NCBI GenBank assembly: GCA_964521295.1
Contig: CAZFRF010000001.1
Coordinates: 577,016 to 641,015 of the forward strand
Reading direction: 5' to 3'
Source: an uncultured Gammaproteobacteria bacterium
GTDB taxonomy: Bacteria > Patescibacteriota > Microgenomatia > Levybacterales > UBA12049
Length of the DNA stretch: 64,000 nt
A program made the position numbers and the translations under genes. Under the pieces are notes generated by a model. It worked only from the letters and a program-made list of their open reading frames with translations, was not told the origin of the DNA and did not search any database. Shown here in pieces: positions 50,622 to 61,449 of the stretch. How positions within the stretch are numbered: position 1 is the stretch's first letter; the number at the start of each line of letters is the position of its first letter.

Positions 50622-51857
50622 ATGTTTAATTTGTCTAAAAAATTTCCAGCATTCTTATCTAAGGATTTTAAAATCTATCTTCCTAGTCAATTCATCTCTA
50701 GCACAGGAACTCAAATGCAGTTTGTCGCATTGAATTGGCATATTTATGAATTAACGCATTCTGCTTTAGCATTGGGACTAATTGGTCTTTTGAGATTTTT
50801 GCCAATTCTATTTTTTTCATTAATTGGCGGATCTGTAGCTGATGCTCATAATAGAAAAAAAGTTTTATATATTACAGAATCTTCTCTTGCGATTTTATCA
50901 ATAATACTTGCTTATTTTACATTTACAAATAGTATAACTCCTCTAATTATTTTTATAGTTACTGCCCTGGGAGCTATTTGTGTTTCTTTTGAGGTGCCAG
51001 CTAGACAAGCGCTTGTTCCAAACTTAGTTGATAAAAAAGACCTACAAAATGCTTTAAGTATTTTTACAATATTTCATCAAACTTCAATGATCTTAGGACC
51101 TGCTTTATCAGGACTTTTAATTGCCAACTCTGGTCTCACATTAGTTTATATTTTTAATGCAATATCATTTGTAATTGTATTAATTGGACTTAAATTACTT
51201 GATACTAACGGAGAAATCGTAGGACCCAAAACAACATTTTCTTTTACTGCCATAAAAGAAGGCTTACATTTTGTTAGAAACAAAACCATTATCTGGTCAA
51301 CAATGCTATTAGATTTTTTCAGTACATTTTTTTCAACCGCTACTGCACTGCTTCCAATTTTTGCCAAAGATATTTTAAATGTTGGACCACTGGGACTCGG
51401 ATTGCTTTACTCAGCTCAGTCAATTGGTGCTGTTACAGCAGGGCTTTTGCTTGCTCATAAAAATAACTTAGGTAAACAAGGAATAATTCTTTTAAGTTCT
51501 GTTATTTTATATGCATTAGGTACTATTATATTTGGTTTATCAAAAATATTTATCATCTCTTTTCTGGCATTAGTTGTAATTGGCGCAGGAGATGGAATAA
51601 GCACAATTATTCGTAATACTATTAGGCAACTTGAAACGCCTGATTATATTAGAGGCAGAATGAGTTCTGTTAATATGATCTTTTTTATGGGTGGTCCCCA
51701 ATTAGGAGATTTCGAAGCAGGAGCTATGGCAAATTTCATCGGGGGACCATTATCTGTTGTTATCGGAGGAGTGTCAACCATTGCAATTGTTTTACTTATG
51801 GCTATAAAAATTCCTACGATGAGAAACTACGATAAACATAATCCTAAAACAATTTAG
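50622..51857 (+). CDS. MFS transporter (EntS/DUF894-like)
   Basis: 12 TM helices, GGSVADAHNRKK, PARQALVP, PDYIRGR. Confidence 0.92.
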   Translation: MFNLSKKFPAFLSKDFKIYLPSQFISSTGTQMQFVALNWHIYELTHSALALGLIGLLRFLPILFFSLIGGSVADAHNRKKVLYITESSLAILSIILAYFTFTNSITPLIIFIVTALGAICVSFEVPARQALVPNLVDKKDLQNALSIFTIFHQTSMILGPALSGLLIANSGLTLVYIFNAISFVIVLIGLKLLDTNGEIVGPKTTFSFTAIKEGLHFVRNKTIIWSTMLLDFFSTFFSTATALLPIFAKDILNVGPLGLGLLYSAQSIGAVTAGLLLAHKNNLGKQGIILLSSVILYALGTIIFGLSKIFIISFLALVVIGAGDGISTIIRNTIRQLETPDYIRGRMSSVNMIFFMGGPQLGDFEAGAMANFIGGPLSVVIGGVSTIAIVLLMAIKIPTMRNYDKHNPKTI

Positions 51858-51887
51858 ATACAGATTTGCAATCCTACGCTATAATAT

Positions 51888-52757
51888 ATGTCTATGACAT
51901 ATACAATTTTACTTTTCTATAAATATGTAGAAATTGATAATCCTGAAGAATTAAGAATTAAGCAAAGAGAGCTTTGTGAAAAATTAAATTTAAAAGGAAG
52001 AATTTTGATTGCCAGCGAAGGCATAAATGGAACCCTTGAAGGGACACCTGAAAATACTGAAAAATATATTGAGGAAATTGAAAAAGACAAAAGATTTAAA
52101 AACATTAATTGGAAAAAAAGCGAAGGAACAGGATCTGCTTTTCCGAAATTAAAAATAAAAGTAAGGCCAGAAATTGTAACAACCGGAATTGCAAACAAAG
52201 ACTTCGGACCACTCAAGAGCATTACTGGAAAATATTTAAAAGCTGAAGATCTGAAAAAATGGTATGAAGAAGGACGAGAGTTTTATGTTGTCGATATGCG
52301 TAACGACTATGAATTTGAAATTGGTAGATTTAAAAATTCTGTTTGGCCAAAGGGCTTAGGACATTTTAGAGACGTACCCAAAGCAGTTAATTCAATTTCT
52401 AATCTCAAAGATAAAACGGTTGTTACAGTTTGCACAGGAGGAGTCAGATGTGAAACCGCATCGGGACTTTTGATGAAATATGGATTTAAAGATGTATACC
52501 AATTAGAAAACGGAATAGTAACATTTATGGAAAAATTCCCTAACACATATTTTGAAGGGAAACTTCTTGTTTTCGATGGACGCGAAACCATGGGATATAA
52601 TTTAAATTCGCCTGAATACAAAAGTATTGGAATTTGTAGAAACTGCAAATCTCCTTCAGAAAATCTAGTTAATTATTGGATTTCAAAGGATGAAGACGCT
52701 TACGGAATTATTTGTAAAAATTGTATTTTAAATAAAAAAATTATTCTGGCAAGATAA
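51888..52757 (+). CDS. trhO: rhodanese-domain UPF0176 protein (TrhO-like tRNA hydroxylase)
   Basis: LLFYKY, GRILIASEGINGT, DMRNDYE, CTGGVRCE; start could be ATG 51894. Confidence 0.85.
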   Translation: MSMTYTILLFYKYVEIDNPEELRIKQRELCEKLNLKGRILIASEGINGTLEGTPENTEKYIEEIEKDKRFKNINWKKSEGTGSAFPKLKIKVRPEIVTTGIANKDFGPLKSITGKYLKAEDLKKWYEEGREFYVVDMRNDYEFEIGRFKNSVWPKGLGHFRDVPKAVNSISNLKDKTVVTVCTGGVRCETASGLLMKYGFKDVYQLENGIVTFMEKFPNTYFEGKLLVFDGRETMGYNLNSPEYKSIGICRNCKSPSENLVNYWISKDEDAYGIICKNCILNKKIILAR

Positions 52758-52758
52758 T

Positions 52759-54405
52759 TTACCAACTTCCTCCTCCTCCACCACCACCACCTCCACCCGA
52801 AAAACCACCTGAGGAACCAGAAGAACTTGGTGCAGCAGTTGTGATATTTGAATTAAAGGAAGAATTGAAAATTGCATAATTAGCATAAAAACTTCCTCTA
52901 TATCCTACGTACCAACTTGGATTATAATTTGGATCATAAATTTCAAGAGCTGCCATAAATTGATTAATAAATCCTAGAGCGACAGCATATGGAATCATTT
53001 TCTCAACAACATATAATTTTTCAGTTTGCCATTTATAATTTCTATCCATCGATTTTAAAAATATTTTTAAACCATCAATTTTAAAATCAACTTCATCGCC
53101 TAATTGCGTTCTACCATTTAAGACTTTAAATAAAAATAATAAAATTAAAGATAATATAAAATTTCCCGTGAATAAAGATATTATTGCTAAAATAAATAAA
53201 ATTGATTTTTGTAGTTTAGGATTTTTAGTATAATATTTTTTATTAATTAACGTCTTGAAAACTTCATCTTCCATCGTTGAAAATGTTTTATAAAAATCTA
53301 ATCTCAAATCTTTTATATTAACACTATCCCCGTCCTTAAAGAGCCTGTTTAATAATGTTTTTTCAAAAGGCTCAAGATTAGAATCTACTTTTTTTAAATT
53401 AATAATTTTTTGATCTGAAGAATCTGGTAAAAATTTTCTTGTTGTTTTAACTTGCTCAATCTTTATATATTTTCTGATTGCTAAATCAAATATTGTTGCT
53501 ATTACATCATTTTTTTCAAGCTTAGCCGTATCAATTGTTCCAGAAATAGCTGGTGCTAAAAGCTTCCCTTTTTCATCTTTCGGAAAATCAAAAGAAACAC
53601 TTGGCTTACCAAATCTTTTTTTATTTTTATTCTTATAAAACCAGTAAAGCAAACAACCGCCAATTCCAAAATTAATTAAAGAAAAAATTAAAAAATAATT
53701 ATTTATAATAAATTTAAAAAAAATTTGGGAAATAGTAGAAGGCGGCTCCTTAACTAAAATAGTTTTAGGAAAAGAATTTACAGGATAAACAGAAACAGCC
53801 GTTAGACCTTCTCCAGGACTTAAATTACCAGTAGAAATAATATTATTATCTATTCTACAATTCGAGGTCTTAGAACTATATACACCTGTGAAACAGATTA
53901 AATCTTTTCTGGACAAGGTAAAATCTGTCAATATTTGAAAATTTGCTTTCTCTATGTTTACTTGCCAATCATTACCGGTTACATTCCAATAAATCTCGTC
54001 ATGATCATCATAGTTACTGCCTATTCCATTTGAAACTGTATAGGTTATTGTATAGGTATGATTTCCCGAAATTAATCTATTCGCATTTCCTATCTTAATA
54101 TTTAAATTATTATTTTCCCATGATAATTTATAATCTTCGGATTCTCCATCTCTTAGAACCTTAATATTTTTAATCTGAATTATTCTAAATAAGTCACCCA
54201 CTTTAGAAACTAACGGAATATATCTATAGATTCCGTGCCTACTAACTGATTCAAAATCATACGTAATATTTTCTTCAATATTCATTGCTCCATCTTTTTG
54301 AGCAACGATTTTTGTATCAAAATTATGAATTACCTCAGCAAAGCTATATTGAGGTTTAAATATAAAAAATATTAAAAATAAGAGGAATATTAATAATTTT
54401 TTCAC
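52759..54405 (-). CDS. DUF2207 family membrane protein
   Basis: HGIYRYIP, EIYWNVTG, PYAVALG, C-terminal GGFSGGGGGGGGGGSW; GTG 54405 preferred as start. Confidence 0.92.
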   Translation of the reverse strand: MKKLLIFLLFLIFFIFKPQYSFAEVIHNFDTKIVAQKDGAMNIEENITYDFESVSRHGIYRYIPLVSKVGDLFRIIQIKNIKVLRDGESEDYKLSWENNNLNIKIGNANRLISGNHTYTITYTVSNGIGSNYDDHDEIYWNVTGNDWQVNIEKANFQILTDFTLSRKDLICFTGVYSSKTSNCRIDNNIISTGNLSPGEGLTAVSVYPVNSFPKTILVKEPPSTISQIFFKFIINNYFLIFSLINFGIGGCLLYWFYKNKNKKRFGKPSVSFDFPKDEKGKLLAPAISGTIDTAKLEKNDVIATIFDLAIRKYIKIEQVKTTRKFLPDSSDQKIINLKKVDSNLEPFEKTLLNRLFKDGDSVNIKDLRLDFYKTFSTMEDEVFKTLINKKYYTKNPKLQKSILFILAIISLFTGNFILSLILLFLFKVLNGRTQLGDEVDFKIDGLKIFLKSMDRNYKWQTEKLYVVEKMIPYAVALGFINQFMAALEIYDPNYNPSWYVGYRGSFYANYAIFNSSFNSNITTAAPSSSGSSGGFSGGGGGGGGGGSW

Positions 54406-54430
54406 ATTATTATTATAATGCAAAAATAAA

Positions 54431-56536
54431 TTAATTTTCTTCAGAATTATTCTGAATTGGCACTAGAGAAATTCCTCCCCAAGATGAATTTACCAATAAA
54501 CTGTTATTATCAATAATATATTCTGATATTTCATCCGACAAAAGACCATTCGATGCATTTATTACCTTCCATGATTTAGAGATTAAGCTATACACCACTA
54601 ACCCCTTATTTGTAGCCAACCATAAATTTCCATTTATAAATCTTAAAGAAAAAATATTAAAATTATTAGTTTGTTGTATATACACATCCGAATTAGGTAT
54701 ACTCATCGAACCATCAATGTTTAATGCAGTAGTTGAATTTGTCTTCTTGTCAGTTTGCAACAAAATAGAGGAATTATAATTACCCCCAATCGACCAAGCA
54801 TAATCTTCATTTTCTGCTTTCTCAGGACAACTAATTTCTTGAAATCTATTATCAACGTAAACATATGAATAATTACATGTGATTTGATTATTCTTTTCTA
54901 TGCCTTTAACAGTAGTAGTTTCGTGAGTTACAGAAAAATTTTCTAGATCAACTACAACAATTTTATTAGCCTGGTACCCTTCATTAAAGATCATTCTCTT
55001 ACCCATGACATCATAATTTCTCAACGTTAATGCTTCATACATTTTGTCTATTTTTGTATTTAAATCCAACACTTTCTTTTCTTTAGTTTTATAGTCATAA
55101 ATAGTTACCTTCGCATTTGAACATCCTTGCCCACAAGATTGAGATAAAACTAATATTTTCGATGTGTTATATATTGGCTGAAATACGCTTACGCCACCGA
55201 AATTTTCATCACTAAAATTTAAAAGCTTAGAAAAATTTTTCCCGTTATATTGCCATAAATCTTTTTCATCACTGATTATTGCTTTATGATTTATAGTGGC
55301 AACCAAATTTGCTACTGACTTAGGTCTATTTCCCATTTTGAAATCATTTGTTTTTAACGAATTGATTTCTAAAGACTTTAGCCATACATCTGAACTTGAA
55401 CCAAACCAAAGCTTACCATTAGAAATAAATTTCTGAAAAAGATTAGAGTTTGTATTTTTAAATAGATCATTTGATGCAAACTCACTAAAATCTTTTGTAA
55501 TAGGACTATACGAATAAATTTTTGAGTCTTTATCAGAAGTATATATAAAATATGCCTTATCGCTTTTCCCCGCAAACATATATATATAATCATTTGGACC
55601 ACTAAGTAAATTAGCTATACCATCAACGCTTTCCCACGTAGATCCTTTTGTATCTTTAGCTTGCCAAACACCTCTTCCACTATCTTGAACTAAAACAGAA
55701 TCTCCTACTAATGTAAGCGTATATAAATCAATTCTTGCCCTATTATAATACGTCTCTGCAGGATTTTTAGGAAATGCACTTGGACCAAACCTTTCCCAAG
55801 TACTAGTTGCTTTATCATACCTTGCTACTCCTCCAGGCGTTTCAGCGTTTGCAACATCAATAACATACACAGCATTTGGAGTAACAAGTAATTCGCTTGC
55901 ATTGTACAAAGTCGAATTATCAACTAATTCTTTTGTAAAAGCCTCCATCTTCTTAGTTTTAAGATTGTATCTATTTAAACCCCTAAAGCTTCCGATCCAA
56001 AGATAATCTCCGTCTAGAGCGAGTTCGATATTGCTGACGCTTAAAAGTCCTTCTTTGTCGGTAAAACTTTGATTTGTGTTATTTTTTAAATCAAATATAT
56101 TAACTCCATTTTGACTACCGATATATAACTTATCACCATCTTTAATTAAACTTGTTAAAGTCGAACTGTTGATTCCATTTGATGTAGTCAATTGAGACAA
56201 TTCTCCAGACTTCTCATCGAGAATCAATAATCCACCAAGACAAGCAACGTATAATTTATCTTTTTCTTCAATAACTCCTCTAATATCACTACAATTTGGC
56301 CACTGCCTAAGACTCTCATTTACCCTCTTTTCTTTAAAACTTGGAAAAGACTCCGAAGCTAATTTTGTATCTTTTCTATTTTTAACAATTAAAAAAGTAC
56401 CTGATACCAAAATGAGTAATAAAACAAACATGACCCCAGCGATAAAATATATTTTTTTAGAAAACTTTCTTTGTGGGGATTTACTCAAATCTGCAGTAAG
56501 ATTTCTTAACTCATCTTTTTCGAGAATTTCATCCAT
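54431..56536 (-). CDS. membrane-anchored beta-propeller protein (two-component regulator propeller-like repeats)
   Basis: N-terminal TM; repeats LYIGSQNGV, LWIGSFRGL, LWLATNKGL, GLLS. Confidence 0.8.
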   Translation of the reverse strand: MDEILEKDELRNLTADLSKSPQRKFSKKIYFIAGVMFVLLLILVSGTFLIVKNRKDTKLASESFPSFKEKRVNESLRQWPNCSDIRGVIEEKDKLYVACLGGLLILDEKSGELSQLTTSNGINSSTLTSLIKDGDKLYIGSQNGVNIFDLKNNTNQSFTDKEGLLSVSNIELALDGDYLWIGSFRGLNRYNLKTKKMEAFTKELVDNSTLYNASELLVTPNAVYVIDVANAETPGGVARYDKATSTWERFGPSAFPKNPAETYYNRARIDLYTLTLVGDSVLVQDSGRGVWQAKDTKGSTWESVDGIANLLSGPNDYIYMFAGKSDKAYFIYTSDKDSKIYSYSPITKDFSEFASNDLFKNTNSNLFQKFISNGKLWFGSSSDVWLKSLEINSLKTNDFKMGNRPKSVANLVATINHKAIISDEKDLWQYNGKNFSKLLNFSDENFGGVSVFQPIYNTSKILVLSQSCGQGCSNAKVTIYDYKTKEKKVLDLNTKIDKMYEALTLRNYDVMGKRMIFNEGYQANKIVVVDLENFSVTHETTTVKGIEKNNQITCNYSYVYVDNRFQEISCPEKAENEDYAWSIGGNYNSSILLQTDKKTNSTTALNIDGSMSIPNSDVYIQQTNNFNIFSLRFINGNLWLATNKGLVVYSLISKSWKVINASNGLLSDEISEYIIDNNSLLVNSSWGGISLVPIQNNSEEN

Positions 56537-56571
56537 AACCTAACTCTATGGAATAATTTAAAATAAGTCAA

Positions 56572-59500
56572 TTATTTACTTTTTCTTTGAGGTTTAAATG
56601 TAAAATAATAAACAACAGGAATAAAAATTAACATTATCGTTCCTGAAAAAGTAAGTCCGGCAATAATAGCTCCGCCTAAGCCTCTCCATAAAGGATCTGA
56701 AATAGTAATTGGAATTAAACCAACTATTGCACAAATAGACGTTAAAGCTATTGGCTCAAGCCTTGATGCCGCAGCATCAGCAATTGATTCGGTAAATTCC
56801 ATTCCCGTCTTAATATTCGCCGTTATCTTATCAACAACTAAAATTGAATTTTTAACAACGATTCCGAAAAGCGCCAAGACTCCAATAAGCGCTGGGAAAG
56901 ACAATGCAGTTTGAGTAATTGCAAAAACAATAAATACGCCAGAAATTGATAATGGAATTACTAAAATAACAATCAAGGCTTTTCTAAATGAACTAAATTG
57001 AAGAATCATAGTTATAACAATAAGTAGTATTGAAATTATCATTGCTACAAAAATGGTTGTGACTGATTTTTGATTTTCTTCATTTGCGCCACCAGTAGAC
57101 CAAGAATACCCGCTTGATAAATTTAGCTTATTCTTTGCAAACTCTTCTAATCTAGAACTAACTTGAGGAACGGTGTAGCCCTTTTTCACACTAGCTGAAA
57201 CAGAAATCGTCCTCTTTCCACCCTCCCTAGTAATCAATGTTGGATTTGGCTCCAAAACTAACTTGCCTAAGGATGTTAATGGAATTACGCCATTTTGAGT
57301 TGGAATAGATACAGCAGAAATATCTTCAACATTCTGTGCCCCAGTCCCCATTCTTAAAGTAATATCTTGAGAAATGTTTAAATCAGGATCTAATTTAATA
57401 GTATCGATTTTAAATCCAGATGCAAAAAGTCTAAGCCAAAATCCAGCAATATCTGTTGATAATCCATTTTCGGCAAACTTTTGCTGGTTGGGGACAAAAG
57501 AAATCTTGCTAGTTCCCTGCTTAATTGATCTGTTAACATTAGTTGCGCCTGGTTCAGTTTTTAGAAAACTTTCAACTTCTGATGCATACTTACTTAATGT
57601 AGTTAAATCTGGTCCAAATAATTTTATCTGAACATCTGCACCAGTCGGAGGTCCACCTGACTCTTCGTTAACAGAAAATACGCCTTTATTATAATCTTTA
57701 AACTCTCTCCTTAAATACTCGGCAATTTCTGAAGAATTTAATTTCCTTTTATTTTTTTCATCTAAAACAAGCGTGTAGCTGAAACTATTCTCAGATGAGC
57801 CTCCTCCTCCAAAAAAATTTCCTTGACCCCCACCAAGACTTAATAATACAAATTTTGTTTCAGGAGAATTGCTTATTTTTGATAATAAATTTAAAGATTC
57901 TTTTCTTGTCGTTTCAATATTCGTTCCTGATGGAAGTTCAACCGATATAGACAATGTATCACTGTCTGTTTTGGGAAAGAATTCATTCTTAACAAGACCT
58001 AAGGGAACCAAAATATATGAAAAGATTGAAAATATTACAACAGCAATAATGACTTTCCTTCTAGCGTTTTGTGAATTTAGAATCTTAATAATAAATCTGC
58101 TGTAATAAAATTCAATTTTTTGTAGACTTATTACTCCTGAATCAAGATATTCTTTGTAATTGATTTTTTTACTATTAATAAATCTAAATCTTTTTTCTAA
58201 TTCTTTTTTAATCTGTGCCCGAATTTGATATGCAACAAACAGTAAAATCAAAATGAATAATACTTGAAAAAAGAGTAAACCATTTTTAGGAAGTAAAACA
58301 AATAACAAAACTATACCCAAAATTGCAACGGCAATTTTTGAAAATACCACAACTCTCTTAGGAAAATTAGGTTTAAGTAAAAAGATAATAAAAGGTAATG
58401 TTATAAACATTGCAACAAAGAATGAACCAATTAAAGTAGTAGAAACCACAATTGGTATCGGTTTAATAAATTCACCAATAATTCCCGTTGATATTAAAAT
58501 TGGTAAAAACGCCCAAACAGTTGTTATTGTAGTTGTGGTAATAGCTAGTAAAAAATCTCTCCAAACTAATATTCCCGATTGAAAAGGCGTAAACCTTCCT
58601 GATCTAAAATAAGCAGTAATTGCTGAAATAACAACAATAGTATCGTCAACTAATAATCCAAGAGAAAGAATTAAAGCAAAAGCCGATAAGAAGTTTAATG
58701 TTACACCTGCTAAGCTCATGACTATAAACGAGATTAAAAAAGTGAGTGGGGTTGCTAATAAAGCAACAGCTGCTTGTCTAACACCTAGGAACAAAAACAA
58801 CACAACTGCAACTAAAATTATTGTTTCTACTAAATCTTTGCCTAATTCATTAAATTGATCTTCAATTTGCGCAGCGTAATTAACTACATTATAAAGTTTA
58901 AATTTACCATTTTGATTTTTAATTTCCTCTTCAACAAGCTTTTCCGCATCTTTATTCGCAGCATCGATATTTACTGTTGTAACTCTATATACGCTAAACC
59001 CAACAGATTGCATTCTTTTTCCATTACTAGATGCAATAAAGCTGGAATACTGACCTGGCTTGGATTTCTCAACAACTGTTGCAATATCACCGATTGCAAC
59101 CACTTGGCCATTTAAATTTATTTTTAAACTTCTAATTTCATCAATAGTTGTTAATGTTGGATCTATTGTTAATGAGAAGTTTAAATTATCAGTCTTTACA
59201 CTACCTGCTGGAAACGTGTTAATCGCCGACTTAACTGATGCAATAATCTGTTGAGGATTTAAACTGTATCCCGCAATCGCTTGAGGATTAATTATTACTT
59301 GAATCTCAGATTCATCCAATCCAGTAACAGAAACAGAATCAATATTTGGTAAATCAGTTAACTCTTGCTTTAGTTTCTTGGCAAATCTAAGCAAACTTGC
59401 CCTATCACCATCTGAGGTAATATTGAAATTCCAAATTGGAGTTTTTTGTAAATCTAATTTTGTTGCTTTTGGTTTTTGAGCATCCTCAGGAAGATTAACT

Positions 59501-59895
59501 GAATCTATTGCAGTCTGAACATCTGAAGTTGCCTTATCTGGATCTGTTCCTGTTTCGAATTCCACCGTAATCGTAGACACAGAATCAGAAGAGCTTGAAG
59601 TAACGGTCTTTACCTTTGATAAGCCATTAATAGAATCCTCCAAAGGAATTGTTACCAAAGATTCTATGTCTTTTGGGCTTGCTCCAGGCAAAACATCGGT
59701 AACAAATACCATTGGAATTTTAATGTCTGGATATAAATTTCTTGGTAGGTTTAAATAACTTGCTCCACCAAAAATTACTATTCCTAAAACAATTAAAATA
59801 ATTAACCTTAAATTTTTAGCGTATCTGGCTATTAAAGAATCATTTAGTTTATTGTCAAATTTAAGACGTTTTAAATATGTAGAAATATGCTTCAT
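56572..59895 (-). CDS. RND efflux transporter permease (AcrB family)
   Basis: PGASPKDIE, GLLVDDTIVV, GIVVKNSIL, RLEPIALT. Confidence 0.95.
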   Translation of the reverse strand: MKHISTYLKRLKFDNKLNDSLIARYAKNLRLIILIVLGIVIFGGASYLNLPRNLYPDIKIPMVFVTDVLPGASPKDIESLVTIPLEDSINGLSKVKTVTSSSSDSVSTITVEFETGTDPDKATSDVQTAIDSVNLPEDAQKPKATKLDLQKTPIWNFNITSDGDRASLLRFAKKLKQELTDLPNIDSVSVTGLDESEIQVIINPQAIAGYSLNPQQIIASVKSAINTFPAGSVKTDNLNFSLTIDPTLTTIDEIRSLKINLNGQVVAIGDIATVVEKSKPGQYSSFIASSNGKRMQSVGFSVYRVTTVNIDAANKDAEKLVEEEIKNQNGKFKLYNVVNYAAQIEDQFNELGKDLVETIILVAVVLFLFLGVRQAAVALLATPLTFLISFIVMSLAGVTLNFLSAFALILSLGLLVDDTIVVISAITAYFRSGRFTPFQSGILVWRDFLLAITTTTITTVWAFLPILISTGIIGEFIKPIPIVVSTTLIGSFFVAMFITLPFIIFLLKPNFPKRVVVFSKIAVAILGIVLLFVLLPKNGLLFFQVLFILILLFVAYQIRAQIKKELEKRFRFINSKKINYKEYLDSGVISLQKIEFYYSRFIIKILNSQNARRKVIIAVVIFSIFSYILVPLGLVKNEFFPKTDSDTLSISVELPSGTNIETTRKESLNLLSKISNSPETKFVLLSLGGGQGNFFGGGGSSENSFSYTLVLDEKNKRKLNSSEIAEYLRREFKDYNKGVFSVNEESGGPPTGADVQIKLFGPDLTTLSKYASEVESFLKTEPGATNVNRSIKQGTSKISFVPNQQKFAENGLSTDIAGFWLRLFASGFKIDTIKLDPDLNISQDITLRMGTGAQNVEDISAVSIPTQNGVIPLTSLGKLVLEPNPTLITREGGKRTISVSASVKKGYTVPQVSSRLEEFAKNKLNLSSGYSWSTGGANEENQKSVTTIFVAMIISILLIVITMILQFSSFRKALIVILVIPLSISGVFIVFAITQTALSFPALIGVLALFGIVVKNSILVVDKITANIKTGMEFTESIADAAASRLEPIALTSICAIVGLIPITISDPLWRGLGGAIIAGLTFSGTIMLIFIPVVYYFTFKPQRKSK

Positions 59896-59900
59896 AGAGG

Positions 59901-61367
59901 TTACCTAACTACTAAAACTTTGTCCCCTTCAATTACATTTCTATCTAAAATTATTTCAACATCCTTTGGCAGACCTGTTAAAGCCTCGACAAACCTTCCT
60001 TGAATTTGACCAAGTGTGATTTTTTTTACCTCAGCTTTTCCATTATTTACAATATAAACAAATGCTTCATCTTGAGTCTGAATAACACTATCTAATGGAA
60101 TAAACGGATCTATATTCGAAGCATCAGCTACACCAACTGGAATTCTTATATCGACATATCCTCCATTGGTTAAGTTTCTGGAAAAAGAATCATCTAATTG
60201 ATAAATGACTGAATACAAATTGCCATTTGTTGCGTCTCTTGAAACATATGAAGGCATTAGACTAATTTCTTTTCCATTGATAATCACTATACTAGGCTCA
60301 AAACTTGAAATATTTTTAGCAACTCCTTCAGACACTAATACAACAATTTCGCTATGCTGTGTGTTTCCAGATAAATTAGCAAGAACAGTTCCGGGATTTA
60401 CCGTATCTCCAGGATGGACAAAAATTCTTTCAATAACACCTGCAAAGGGAGCAGAAGGATACATACTAGCCTCATTAATTTGGGCTAAATTTAAAGATAG
60501 TCTAGAAAGTTCAAGGCTTAAATCTAAAGCTTTTTCTTGTAAATCTAGCTGCTTTAATGCTATATCTTTTGTAATATTTCCAATTGCTGCTGGGGCATTA
60601 TCTTCTGAGTTGGCATAATTTGAACTATTCAACCCTGCTTGCAATTGAGTATTTCCAGCAATTAACTGCGCCCTAGTTGATCTTATCTGTAAAATCTTAG
60701 CATCAGTTTCATCAGATTTTGGCAATGCTTCTAAAGCTGCTTGATTTGCAGCTAGAGTATTAAGGATGCCAGTATTTACATCTATTAATCCTTGAGTTTG
60801 CTCACTTGCCCCCCTAGCAATTTCTCTTAATTTATCTGCACTCTCATCAGATTTATTGGCTAGTTCTTTTTGTTTACCTATTACTTCTTTTTGAGTAGGA
60901 TAATTATCTTTGGCAGATTGATATTGATTTGCAGCAATCTGTCTTGCAACAGAAAGAGTATTTCCTCCACCATAATTAGTTGATAAGCCTAGAATATTTG
61001 CGCCTTGCATTACCTCTTGCCCTTCATATACATTTACATAATTAACTACGCCAGGCATTTGGGCAACTATTTTAGTTACTCCTGATTTTTCAATCTTTCC
61101 TTGATATGAAACGAGGGGTGCGCTTCCAATTTTATAAATCTGGACTTTTTTAGCAGTATTCTGACTTTTTACCACCTCTGGCTTGGGACTAAACACAACA
61201 TTTCCTATAATCATTAAGATTAATAAGATTCCTAAAACAACAAAAAAACTCGTAAAAGGTTTTCTTTGAATAAAAGCAAGAGTTTTTTTTGAATAAACCT
61301 TTCCCTTATTATTTGCGCCTTTGAATTTAGACAAAACAAATTTCTTTGATTTTAATAATTTCTTCAT
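59901..61367 (-). CDS. RND membrane-fusion (adaptor) protein
   Basis: TM anchor, lipoyl half-motifs (AQMPGVV..V.EG; APFAGVI...PGDTV), long coiled coil. Confidence 0.88.
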   Translation of the reverse strand: MKKLLKSKKFVLSKFKGANNKGKVYSKKTLAFIQRKPFTSFFVVLGILLILMIIGNVVFSPKPEVVKSQNTAKKVQIYKIGSAPLVSYQGKIEKSGVTKIVAQMPGVVNYVNVYEGQEVMQGANILGLSTNYGGGNTLSVARQIAANQYQSAKDNYPTQKEVIGKQKELANKSDESADKLREIARGASEQTQGLIDVNTGILNTLAANQAALEALPKSDETDAKILQIRSTRAQLIAGNTQLQAGLNSSNYANSEDNAPAAIGNITKDIALKQLDLQEKALDLSLELSRLSLNLAQINEASMYPSAPFAGVIERIFVHPGDTVNPGTVLANLSGNTQHSEIVVLVSEGVAKNISSFEPSIVIINGKEISLMPSYVSRDATNGNLYSVIYQLDDSFSRNLTNGGYVDIRIPVGVADASNIDPFIPLDSVIQTQDEAFVYIVNNGKAEVKKITLGQIQGRFVEALTGLPKDVEIILDRNVIEGDKVLVVR

Positions 61368-61418
61368 GGATATAAAATGCTAGTTTTCGAGGCAGTCAAA
61401 AATTAAGCTTAGAATAAG

Positions 61419-61447
61419 ATTCTATCAGAATATAGGCTTATCGTCAA
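61419..61447 (-). promoter_or_regulatory. promoter of the MFP-RND operon
   Basis: TTGACG (61447-61442), 17 nt spacer, TGa-TAGAAT (61424-61419). Confidence 0.65.
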
Positions 61448-61449
61448 TC

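Noticed and set aside
61389-61415. Second CIRCE-like site (GGCAGTC) upstream of the RND operon
   Set aside because: Only a partial half-site with no matching second arm at N9 spacing.
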